Source: Daphnia carinata
Lineage: Eukaryota
DNA length: 64,000 nucleotides
Direction: 5' to 3'
Assembly: GCF_022539665.2 (NCBI RefSeq)
Contig: NC_081333.1
Coordinates: forward strand, 11,718,001 to 11,782,000
Shown here: positions 38,972 to 51,202 of the stretch, piece by piece
Position numbering within the stretch: the first letter of the stretch is position 1
Layout: each line of letters begins with the position of its first letter
Translations under genes and position numbers: made by a program
Notes under the pieces: model-generated
Seen by the model: the letters and a program-made list of their open reading frames with translations, nothing else
Databases searched by the model: none
What the model was told of the DNA's origin: nothing

Positions 38972-39660
38972 ATGAATAAAGTAGAGCCTGTTGTAGTAAT
39001 TCATGGTGGGGCCTGGGCAATCCCTGAAAATATTAGTAATGCAAGTAGAAATGGGGTCAAGTTAGCGGCTAAAAAAGCTTATGAAATTTTGAAAAATGGT
39101 GGTTCAGCTCTTGATGCTGTTGAAGAGGCAGTTGTTATTCTTGAAGATGAAGCGGTATTTGATGCAGGGAAAGGTTCATGCTTAAATGCTGCTGGTTTGA
39201 TTGAAATGGATGCTTCTATTATGGATGGCACTTCTCTGAAAGCTGGTAATTTTCAAATATTTAGACTATGCTGACAGCAATTTGTCATCTCACACTCAAG
39301 ATATTCTAATTTAGGATGGAGTACTGGCCATGGAGAATCTATCATAAAAATATGTTTAGCCAAACATATAATCTGCTTGATGGAAAGCGGTAAATTTTCA
39401 TATTTATCCGTCATCTGGCAACACAACACCTTTACATCCCATATGGAATTGTAGGCATGAAAGCTCAAGAAGCTGTTGAGCAATCCCTACAGTTAATGAA
39501 TTCAAGAATAAAAGGTGCAGGCGGCGCCATTTGCATCAGCGCTTCCGGTGAACCTGCTTTTCAGTTCACCACTGGGCGAATGGCGTGGGCAATTGCCAAA
39601 GCGGATGTCTTATCGTGGGGTCTCGATCCAAAAGAGTACAACACTGAAAAGATGGCCTGA
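38972..39660 (+). pseudogene. ASRGL1: ASRGL1 copy D with internal deletion of exon 2 to mid exon 4
   Basis: After intron 1 the sequence jumps to TGHGES (~39316-39325). The catalytic HDTVG and GRVGD segments are missing. Confidence 0.9.
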
Positions 39661-40134
39661 AATCGTCATCATCTGCCTTCAACTATTTAGTGCAAAGTAA
39701 CAGCAATTTTTAGACGTATGGTGCAATTGCGGGCTGGGCCCAATATCATTTTTTCCAAGCGGCTGTAACGTGCGGAAATTAATAGAGGTTGAAACTGGTT
39801 TCAGTTATCTGCGGCCTTGAAATCACCATCTATAGTCATGTGCCAATCGTGGCGTGCGTTCATAGATTTTTCTTCTCCATATGGCAGTGTTTATTTGAGG
39901 CCTAAATATTATATTTTTAATGACCTTGTTGGCTGTGGTTTTAGATTGGAAACTGATAACCAGGCGTCCTTCGAATGAAAAGGAATTGACCAACGGCGGT
40001 CGATTTTTAACTGTATTATTCATCAAGGTTAAAGGCATTCGTAACCGAGGAAACGGTTGTAACCGGGATTTCGCAGTTGAAAATAGGATTAGAACGTAAC
40101 AAACAGTTGAAAGTACAGGTTGTGTCTATTCGCT

Positions 40135-40688
40135 ATGTGCTCAACAACTCCCAAGAACTTCTCGTGGCTGGAGGATGGAAAAATTGCTGCCCTGGCTTTC
40201 CCTGATAAGCGGGAGGATTTAGAATTTCTCGTGAATCACGGCATCCGCTATCTGGTTACTTTGACCAAAGAATTAAAACCCAACACGGAAGAATACCAGC
40301 ATTAATCGGAGTTAATATTTGTGGGGATGATTACTGTACTTTCACTATGGAACAAGTGCAGCAGTTCATCGGAATTTGTGAAAAGGCGTTGGAAGAAAAT
40401 CAGGTTATACACATTGCACAGTTTTATAGAAAGTTAACCTGTTATTCTTAATTTTTCTTTGCTTTATCGTAGGGGGTTGCTGTACATTGCCGTGCTGGAT
40501 TCGGAAGGACAGGAACCGTTCTTGCTTGCTACCTAGTACGGTTTAAACATTTAAACCCTGAAGAGGCTATTTTGCATGTTAGAACTGCACGACCGCACTC
40601 GATTGAAACCGTAGATCAAGAGAAAACTGTAGCCGAATATTTGGAATTTTTGCATCGGATGCCAAGTGTTGAAGCGGCTGCAAAATAA
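40135..40688 (+). pseudogene. DUSP23: DUSP23 copy with frameshift
   Basis: A 1-nt deletion (GAAGAAGTACC to GAAGAATACC, ~40293) gives a stop at 40305, before the catalytic exon. Confidence 0.85.
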
Positions 40689-41809
40689 TCTTGTCTTTTC
40701 ACACCATCGAATAATCATCATTTTTACTAGATTTTTAAAAATACGTGTTTTGCCTGATTGCCAATTTTGAAGGCAAGCCATATTTTACTGCCGGATATCG
40801 CCTGCTGAATTTTTATGATTTAAGTATCAACTCTGATACACGAAGCTTATCGACCTTTCATAAAGGCTGAGGCTGTTGTTGGACAACAATGTTGAGGAAC
40901 TTTTTGTTTGTTTGTTTTCTTACGTAACCTGGAAGGTTTTTCGTTTTGTTTTCGGGTCACTTTCTAGTGGCTATTGGTATTGTCGTGGCAGCCTGTGGGA
41001 ACTTGCCTTAATTCCTAGTAATAATTTTGCCTTCAATTTTTGTTGCATGGGAGCGCATTTACTTTAAAAACCCTGGTACATCTGGCTGACTATGTCTTAC
41101 ACTTAAAGGTAACACTTTGCTTTCTAAATATAAGTTGTCAAAATTCGTCCATTTTTCTTTCTTTTGCAGTGCTAACCTAGGTTAAGCTGAGCTGATTTAC
41201 TGGAGGGAGATAAGGTGGTCCTAAAGGGGCCATAACGAAGCCGTGGTTGTTAACTCCCGAAGCCTGGTGACGGGTGACCTATAAAACTAGCCAATTTCCT
41301 TAGACATTATGCATAATTAATCATAACTGAATCGGTAAATGGTGAGCACTCAATGATACATACAGTCTTGCCCCGTCGGGACTGACGGTATCACGCAACT
41401 GAGCTCCCGGCACCGACGTCTTTTACTTTTGAGAGAAAAAAGTCACGAATACGGAAGAGATAATTGTGGCTGTACCTTCCGCATGCCATTTGCAAATGTT
41501 AGGTCCACTATTCACTGTATCATCAAACCCCGGAAGATCACGATGAGGTGATAACACCTTAACTTATGCATCCTAGTAGGATCTCTATAGCTTCCTGAAG
41601 AGATAAAAAAGATAAGATCAAAAATTGTTCTAGTTCTGGTTTGGTTTGCAAGACATTCAGGGCCCTACTGAATCGTCGGTAGACAACCAACAATAAATTC
41701 CGCATTGTTATCGACACATATCGTGAACATTATAGGTAAACATATAAAAGGACATTCATTTCTCCAATTACTTCATTCGCTACAACTCTTGGCAAATTTA
41801 ATCATCAAA

Positions 41810-42584
41810 ATGTTTAAGGCAACTAGCGCAGCCTGTGCCCTTCTGATTGCCATCGTCTCTGCGACTCCGTTTAGGGATTGTGGTAATTTTTCATTTCTTG
41901 TTTCCGTTTGTTATTTGAATTTAACTGATTTCAATGCAGGATCAACATCATCTTTAACCGCTGTGCGTGTTCCTGGCTGCGAGGTACTACCATGCATCGT
42001 ATACCGTGGAACCAACGTTTCTGTCGAATACGACTTCGTCTCAGGTGTGTATATAAAAACAAACCTGTTATAACAATAAAATTTAATCTTCTAATTTATT
42101 GTAATTTTCGTATTGGATAGCGGTTTCTACTAACGCGTTGACGACCGACGTGAAGGGCGTTATTGGTGGCGTAACTCTTCCTTGGTATGCCATTTCAAAA
42201 TGTTCAAGAATGTTAGTCATCGAGTTCTTTATTGACGTTTTATCATTAGGCCTGGTAGATTTCCTCCTGCTTGCGAGGACGTAAAAGCTGGTGACTGCCC
42301 TGTGGCAGAGGCTGAGCCCATTACTATGTCAACCCTTTTAGTTCTATCTTCTTCCTTCCCTTCGGTAAGCTTCGTTCAATAATACTGCTTGCGTTAAAAA
42401 ATGAAAAGGTAAGTTTTTTCCTACCTAAAAGGCGATTTACCATGTAGACAAACGTACCACTCAAAATTCGAAAGCAATTACATTCCACCTTCCATTTTAG
42501 GTGAATGCCAAAGCCATATGGGGACTTCGCGACGATAGTGATAGCACTCTTGTTTGCTTCGAAGTAACTGTCAAACTTCTATAA
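41810..42584 (+). CDS. NPC2: NPC2/ML-domain protein, inverted duplicate, apparently intact
   Basis: Five exons matching 8123-8900 with a few substitutions. Confidence 0.8.
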
Positions 42585-43551
42585 ATCAAGCGATCCACCT
42601 CTTCTGCCAAAGGCAACTTCATAGAGTGCTTTTTTACATGCATGTCAAGGTTTCTTTCAAATCCATGCGATTTTAATAAATTTCACCGAGTTCCTTGAAA
42701 TGAATTTGTTCCTTTCTCTACTTCGTCGGACGAAATTTTTGTGGTTGTACATGAATGACGATTTAAAAACGCATGATTTTGTTCAGCCAACTTATGTGCT
42801 TTTTCAAATATATATGTATGTAATTTTATTAATTTAGTTTTTAGTTTTAGCAGAGTGCTAGAGTCACAGAATCCTGGATGCCCCAGATGACATTCTCTTG
42901 CTCCAAAAAAAAAGTATCGATAAGGCCAATGGTGATGAAATTCATGTGTCTAGGGCGGAGCTTTGTCGACAAAATTCACAAATTCTTCCAAAAATAATAT
43001 CGTGAACTCAGTCATGAACTATGGCAATCCGTTTTACCCAATAAAAATTAAAAAATATTGGCATTTTTTCTGTTTACTAGTATCGCCATCTACCGGTCAC
43101 ATTTCTAGTTAATTCTTTACATACACTGACCGAAAAAAATTTTAAGCCCGACTAAATAAGCCCAACTAAATAAGCCCGACTTTTCTCGGTCGGGCTTAAA
43201 TTTTTTTTCTGAAAAAACTGACATTCATCGGAATTGGTTGAATATTACAGGGTATACTCAAAATTGAATACTGAATCCGGGGACATTGCTTTTTTTAAAA
43301 TTAAGTTAATCATTTTTGAAATACACCGAATATTTGGCGCAATTTTAGCGCGCCAGTACGCTACAGCGCTAGCGCGATGCAGCAGAAATCTCAAGTGCAA
43401 TGCAATCATAATAAAGTTGGCAACGCCATTGGTGTCAATCTGAGTTGTTCTAGGTATTGTCTGCTAGCGTTTAAAATTTTCAGTGAGAACTTGGTGTCAA
43501 TGGTGAATACATTGGCGTTTGTATGTCACAGAATAAATCAAATATCTTGAA

Positions 43552-44459
43552 ATGGACTCATCTTTCACACGTAAGTTGAAGAACACGATGACAATTGATG
43601 GGTTAAATTTATGTTTCGCCACGTATTGGTTTAATTTGCTGAGCTGCACACAGTTTCATTAATATGGTTTCTCCTGGCAATATGCCATGCTTTTTTCGTA
43701 GTGAGCAACAGCCCTTCACCTGTAAAGAAATCGGGAAACTCTCAGCGAGCATTTGAACTAGCTGGGGAGCTATATAGCCAGATCCAACAGTGGTATCTCT
43801 TAATCACTACAGGAAGAAATATAATCAATAACATATTGCAGCTGAAAACAAAATTGTGGTAAATTTTCAACTAAATAATTGCGAGAGTGAGTTTTTTAAG
43901 TTCATAAGTACTACACCATCAACCAAACAGGGAAAATCCAGGTAATGCTGCTGATTTGTTGGAACTACAATTCCAGTGTGATCAACTTGGATCAGTTGTT
44001 TCCGAACTGGTAATGTCTAAAAACATTAGACACAGTTACAAAGTTACTAATTTGAGACTACTCTGCCTAAACAAATGGAAAAAATACAAGACCAGTACAC
44101 AGCATTGGAAAAATTGGGTGAACTTCAGAAAAAAATTGGATCAAACATCACACGTGATTCCACACCATTAATGTTTCTTACTTGGCCAAACTCCAAATTT
44201 GGTAAAAGAGATTGATAATTCATCTTGGTGATGAACGACCTGTTAATTTTTTAACCCTTAAGTTGTAGTTGTCACTGCCATTAAAGATGCTTTTGATAAG
44301 GAGTTGCAATTGAAAAAATGCATTGCTGAAAATGTGGCACATTGTCAGCAAAAACAAATGCTTGATTTACACAAAATTGCCTGGGTCCATCAAGTTTATG
44401 TAACTTCTACTACTAAGCTCCAGTTAGAAGCCCTCTTGGTAGAAACTGGTCAACGTTGA
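43552..44459 (+). CDS. CINP: CINP copy 2, exon-4 acceptor deleted (possible pseudogene)
   Basis: A 9-nt deletion (TAGGAGGTG) at ~44062 removes the canonical TAG acceptor. Confidence 0.7.
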
Positions 44460-44686
44460 AGACATTTATTGGCAATTGAAGGTATGGAAATTACATAACT
44501 GATTTTGAAAAGAGTTTACTTTTATTATTTTTTCTCTTTATTGGAGAAGTTTATTTCCCAGATGAGAACTTCTGTTTAAAGATCGGCATGTTTTATACGT
44601 TAAATACCATAGAACACCGATTTTTAAACATTGATTTGAAAAATGTCTTCAAATGCAGAAAGTGCTATTTAATTTAAAACGACTTG

Positions 44687-46850
44687 CTAGAGATCGCATC
44701 CGAGGCGTTCTATCTCTTCAGCGAAGAATTCCATGTCTTTTGTATTGACACCCGAGCTTTGTAGAACTAGTCGGAAGAAGTTTGGCAAATTTCTCAGCGG
44801 TTGGTAGGTGATCATCATGCTGCCCTTTTTGATCATACGTTCTTTGATCTTTGGAGCGATCTAAATCAAATGCGGTTGTACGTAAAAAAAAATTCTCTCT
44901 TACATTCTAAATCGAAGTAAGGGCTATCGTACTCTGTGTAGCTTTTCGTTATAATCTTCGTCATGCTGAGAATTTCGAAGGCTTGGCGGGATGTACCAAA
45001 AGCACACGTTCACGAATGGTGGCTCCTCTAGTACTAGTTTGAAACCTTCGCGATCCCGAATAAATGAAGTGAAATAGGCTGCATTTTCAAAGAGCGTATC
45101 CACATGTCTTTCCAAGCCTAAACTTCCCTGCGATAAGTTGAGATGAAAAGGGAGAGCAATGGCATTAAGATACTTGCTCGTAGTTTTAATTGGTTAGCAA
45201 CAATTCCTCTTAAAGTTTATCCTATACAATAATTTGAGCAATGTTTTTTTTTTTGTGAAAATTTACCTTCGCTTGCCACATCAGCAATAGTCACATTGCA
45301 AATATTTGTCCCCAACGTCCCACTTGGGATCATAAAACTTATCTTTTTGAAACAAATAAGACGCTGAAGCGGTATTGGCCTCCAGGAGAAGGTTTAGATG
45401 TCGTGTCAAAAAGGTGGAACACTGCTGAGGTACCCCAAGCAATTTGTGGGGGTTCCATGTTACTAAATCGGCTCTGGTTAGTAAGATGAAACAAGTTAAG
45501 TTGCTTCTTTGATTATTCTGACATTTTTACCGCTCAATTCCATTTAGGATATGACGATGCTTTGTGGACATAAGAGCTCCGCCTCCCCATGCTGCGTCTA
45601 CATGCATCCATAGACCAAATTCTTGACATATGTCAGCGATCCCGTCAAGGGGATCTGTTGAACCCAATACGGTGGTTCCTGCGGTTATATACAATGCCGA
45701 TAATTAAGATAAGTAAGATTTCGATACTGGTAAATTATATTGACCGGCTGTGGACGACACCATAAATGGTCTGGCACCCTCCTTGAGAGCTCTTTGTATT
45801 TCTTCTCGAAGATGTGCGAGATTCATTCGACCATCATTATCCACATCTACTAGGTAAAGATTGGATATGCCTATTCCAAGAAGGAAACAAGCTTTCTTGA
45901 TTGAATAATGGGCATCTTTGGACGTCAAAACCACTAGGCGACGTGATGCAAAAGTTCCTTTTTCCTGAAATTCCAATAAAAGCTGAAAAATCAGTTTCCT
46001 GCCATTGAATGATGCAACGCAACCGTGTTTTCTAGAAATTGCAACCTCGTAAGTAACGAAATATTTATAGTGGTTGAACTTGATTTAACTTTTGTAAGAC
46101 ACTTAACAAATTTTTAAGGGTCTGATCGTCCTTCAAAATTATTTAAGCAAACATTGGTTGAAATCGAATCCTTGGGTTTACTTTCAAATCCGGCATAGCG
46201 TGATGTCGAGCACATTGAATCCCGTATATATTAGCCATTGAACCGCCTGGGCAAAAAACTCCATCGCCACTGCCACCTGGGAATCCTACGTAACGTCGCA
46301 TTTCGCAAAGAAGTTTATGCTCCAGGAGCGTAAAAACAGGAGCAACTTCGTATGTATAAACACTGGGATTCAAAGAATCTGTTACCCACTGGGCCACAAG
46401 TCCGTATGGATCCAAACTAGTTTAAGGAAAAAAATAATCAAAGGTAAGTTATATAATTGGTATAGATTTCGGTGTGGCGTTATCAGTAGAATAATACGTT
46501 TTTCTTTACCTTGAAAATAGTTGATTGATGAAATGTGGATGACCAGTCTTTACGCTGTAACGTACAACGTCCTTTATAAGTTTGATTAGATTGTCGTCCG
46601 ATTCAGGATTTTTTGGCAGCTCTTCTCCCAGTAAAGCCATCAAAGATTCTGGCTCCATCCATTCAATGACTAAACTATCATTTGACGTTCCCTGGAACAC
46701 AGCTTCTTTCAACAGAACATCAACAACCTGCCGGATGAATTGTTCGTGTTGGTCTTTGGAAGGTTTTGTTTGGAAGCGATCCATTAAAGTTGGGGTTTCA
46801 GAGTTCAGTTTACTGTGCGATATAACGGTGTTAGTGTTGTCTTTTGGCAT
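44687..46850 (-). pseudogene. CSAD/GAD-like decarboxylase copy 2, frameshifted
   Basis: 30 nt encoding the [10 protein letters not shown] segment are replaced by 8 nt at ~45286-45293 (net -22). ADSV is also changed to ADLV next to the PLP motif. Confidence 0.85.
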
Positions 46851-47954
46851 TGTGGACCAAGTCGTGTACGCGTAACACGGTTGAAAGCTACCGACAAGCA
46901 GTGAAAAACTGAAAGATCAATTGTGGTCAGCTGCTTATATACTCCGGACACTAAAATGGCTACAACGTACGTTCGATCTCACTGATCGCCTGTGAATTGG
47001 ACTCAGAGGGAAACTGAAACGACTTCACCAACCTTATTCCCTACATGGCAGGACATATTCCAAACGAAGGATTTCCGTCGTGTTTTTACGAAGGAAGACA
47101 GCAATTGCAGTTTGATTTTCTACTTTCATTTCGATGCGAGCATTTGGTTTACCATCGATCGCATCCAACCGGTTGAAGCTAGTTAAGTTTTTTTTTTTTT
47201 CATGTAATTGGCATTCAATTTCCTCCGGTGTGTATCGTATTGGGTTTTCCTCCCAAACAAAATTGCCAAAACTTCTGTATTTACCATGGCGTATTCGACC
47301 ATGGTTCTCTAGGGCACCGAAAGTGCATAGATTCATGCGAAGTTGTTGAAGACGTCAACAAATTAATGTAACTTTAATTTTGAATTGCGCTTTAACGTAA
47401 CCTTAGAACAATAAATTGGTCTGCCGCTTTGACTAAGGAATTTGTAAGCGAGTTTTAAACAAAAGAAAGATCTTGCTGTTTGGCGAACAGTAAGTTTTTT
47501 ATTTACTCCAATTCAATGTACTTCGACGACATTACAATATCATAACAAGTGCAAAAAGGTGTCCCTTAAGCCACAAGAAATGTTAGCGGTTAAATTGTAT
47601 GGATCATAACTCAATGAATGAACATCAGCATGCGATACTGAAAGATGATGTATCAATTCCCAAATGAATTGAATTCTGGATTAATAGTATAAAATGTATA
47701 AAGTAGTAACATAAAATGAACAAAAAAAATTAAATTGAATTAAACCCACCATGAGTACTACTATCGTAACCAAGTGGTCGATGGTATACTATATCATCTC
47801 AGCTAGACAGAATCCATAGAGGAAATTCATTATATTTAAGAAACAGTTGGTTTGGCGAGAAACATATATATTTGTATTATTATATTAAGCAAAATTTGAA
47901 CTTTAGTCAAGAATGTAAAAACGCAACAACACTTTGTTTGCTTTTATTTTCAAA

Positions 47955-49010
47955 ACGGCTAGTTTGAAGAGAAAACCAGTAGCTGAATCAGAATCAGCGT
48001 TTTATGGTCATTATTCTCTGTGATTTTCATCGAATTCCAAGGGCTTTCGTTTTTGGCCGATTTTGACAAAAGTGAGAAGGCTATAGCCTTCCCACTTTTT
48101 CATTTTTGGCTAAAATCTAGATTTCGTAAAAAATACGTCATTTCGATTGAAAATTATACAAGGATCACGAAAATTGACGTTATTTTTTCGTGGGACTTAT
48201 AGTTTTAGATTAATTTGGCTTTTAAGTGGTTGCGGGGCTTGAAAAATAAGCCCGACAAAAAAAGCCGGGCTTAAAATTTCTATAGATTTTCCTGTAAAAA
48301 AAATAATAACGGCTGATTTAAGGAGAAAAACACTCACATAATCGAACTCAGCATTCAATTTTGGCTATTCCATGGGATTTCTTATCGAATTCCAAGAGAT
48401 TTCGTATTTTGCCGATTTTGACAAAAGAGAGAAGGCTATAGCCTTCCCACTTTTTCATTTTTCGCTAAAATCTAGATTTTGTTAAAAATACGGTAATTTC
48501 GATTGGAAATTATACAAGGATCACGAAAATCGACGTTATTTTCTCGTGGGACTGATAGTTTCAGAGTTATTCGACTTTTAAGTGGTTGCGGGGCTCGAAA
48601 AATAAGCCCGACAAAAAAAGCCGGGCTTAAAATTTCTATAGATTTTCCTGTAAAAAAATAATAACGGCTAGTTTAAGGAGAAAAACCCTTACATAATCGA
48701 ATTCAGCGTTCAATTTTGACTATTCGATATGATTTTATCGAATTCCAACAGATTTCGTTTTTTGCCGATTTTGACAAAAGTGAGAAGGCAATAGCCTTCC
48801 CACTTTTTCATTTTTGGCCAAATTTCAAATTTCGATTTATATATGATTTCGATGCAAAATTGAATGCTTATTATGAACATGAAGTTTATTTTTCAATTCG
48901 CATTATAGTTTTTGAATTAAACTTAAAAAACAAAAATTCGGGCTTATTTTTCTCGGGCTTAAATAGTCGGGCTTAAAATTTCTATAGATTTTCCTATTTA
49001 AAAAATAATA
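47955..49010. repeat. Tandem satellite copy with three units
   Basis: Same units as 27651-29410, about 700 bp shorter. Confidence 0.9.
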
Positions 49011-49800
49011 TCATTAAACCTGGATAACTACATACGAATAAGATTCAAAATTTAACAAGGAACACGAAAATGAACTTTGTTTTTTCGTAGATTTTATGAG
49101 TAATTTAATATAAAAGTGCGCTCGATAGAAATGTTAAACCCGACAAAATAAGCCCGAATTTTCTATTTAAATATCCATTTTACCTTATGTCTAACATATA
49201 TATATACATTTGTCAATTATACACTTTGTCTGTTGTAGGTACAGTACGAAAATTGCGTATACATCTAGTGGTTAGACTTTCCGTTTTACCAATCGATTCC
49301 AAGTTTTAACCCCTACTTAAATAACCTAAGCAAACAAAAAGATGCCCCACTCTACGCTTGACGTTATCAATTCTATTTTACTAACTTGTTTGTTAAACTT
49401 ATTTGTTTACCAAACTTATCACCAATGACGCCAACGCTTAAATTGTAGTAGATTTCCCGCCTGCTATTTCCCCTATGTGATTCATGAAAGGGGGCCTGAA
49501 CCCTACCAAGATTTTCCGTCGTACTTTTACTGGTAGGGTTCAGGCAGTTGAACGAGATGGAGTTGGTATACCAGGGCCCTTGCAAAACACTGCACCATAT
49601 CGGCGAGTCGGCTGTGACGAGTTTGTCGGAGCTTTCTTTAACTATTTTAAGGATTTAGCGGATCGTCAAAACACGGAAAGCAGACGAACGCAGCAATAAA
49701 GTTAATTCCGTTTTCACGTGGTAATTTGAAGTGACACAAACATGGGCATTTTAATATAATATTTTCTCATCAATTTACTTTTTTTCTAGGTCCTGGCATA

Positions 49801-51101
49801 ATGGCAGAAATACTTTTAAGTGAAGCTGAAAAAGCATTTATTCATCATGGGGTACAGGTGGGCAAATTACTATACCTATCCTCTAACAATGTATACAAAA
49901 CATCTCTAGGAGATTAGTTATAAGGTTACACAAAGTGAAGCAAACATTTACCCATGAAAAAATTAATACTTATGTTTTCTGCAACGTGTTTTTATGGAAC
50001 ATGATAGGATGACTTACGATGTGATGGCAGGACAAGATTAGATTATCGTCCCATAATCCTTGAGACTGGTTTGGTTTCTAATGCCAGTGGCTCATCAAGG
50101 CTTAGACTTGCCAACTCAGATGTTCTTGTGGGGGTCAAAGTAGAATTGGCTTCACCTTTACCTGAAAAACCTTTGGAAGGAAGGCTGGAATTCTTTGTGG
50201 ACTGGTCTGTTTAAATTATGACATATCATGTAAAAATCACATTCAGAGCCATGCATTTTCTAATCAAAGCTCTGCAAATGCAACTCCTGAGTTTGAGGGA
50301 AGAGGTGGTGAAGACTTGGCAAATGAAATTTGCAGATTTTTGCAGATGTCTTACATGTCAGGAGATACAATAAATTTAGCAGAACTCTCTGTTTTGGCTG
50401 GCCAACAGTGTTGGGTCTTATATGTTGACATATTGGTAAAGATCAATTACTTGTTTAAGGATCATGAATTTGCTGTTAACAATTTTTTAATATTTAAATA
50501 GATTCTTGAATGCGGTGGAAACCTGTATGACACAGTGTCATTGGCCGTAAAATCTGCTCTTTACACGACGCAAATTCCGTCCATTAAAGTAGCAACCATG
50601 GATGGAGATCAACCTGAATTAGAACTGTCCGAAGATCCTTACGATACTAAGAGATTAAACACGCAGAACGTGCCATGTCTTGTAACGCTGATGAAAGTAA
50701 ATATTTTTAACTTGTTTCCTTACGGTGTTCTGGTAATTAAAAAACATACTTATGTCTTTAATCAGATTGGAAACCATTACCTTGTTGATCCGACACCCGA
50801 AGAAGAATGCTGCAGTTCTTCGGGGGTTGTCGTTGCAGTATCTGGTACCAAGAAGATCACGGCCGTTAGGAAAATCGGCTCTGGAAGCTTACATCCAGAA
50901 AGCCTAGTGTCAATGCTTAAAGTAATACTCAATAACACTATGAATATCACAAATATTCTAGGAAACCGTAAAAATATTATGTTTCTTTTGCCATAACAGA
51001 CAGCCAGCGAAGTGGGTGCGGTTGTTAACAAGATTCTTATGAAGACGCTATTGGAAGAAGAAAGGGCAGGGAAAACCCAAAAAGTGGGTTTCATGCGGTG
51101 A
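49801..51101 (+). CDS. EXOSC7: Exosome complex component RRP42
   Basis: MAEILLSEAEKAFIHHGVQ|DDLRCDGRTRLDYRP…NASGSSRLRL…SANATPEFEGRGG…CWVLYVDIL…GGNLYD…KIGNHYLVDPTPEEE…KVGFMR. Confidence 0.92.
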
Positions 51102-51202
51102 ACTTCACCTACTGTAAGAAGTTTGTATGATTGAAATCTGTTCAACAATATTTTTGAAATTACAAGTTTCACGTTAAATTTCGAGCTACTGCTATTTTAC
51201 TG

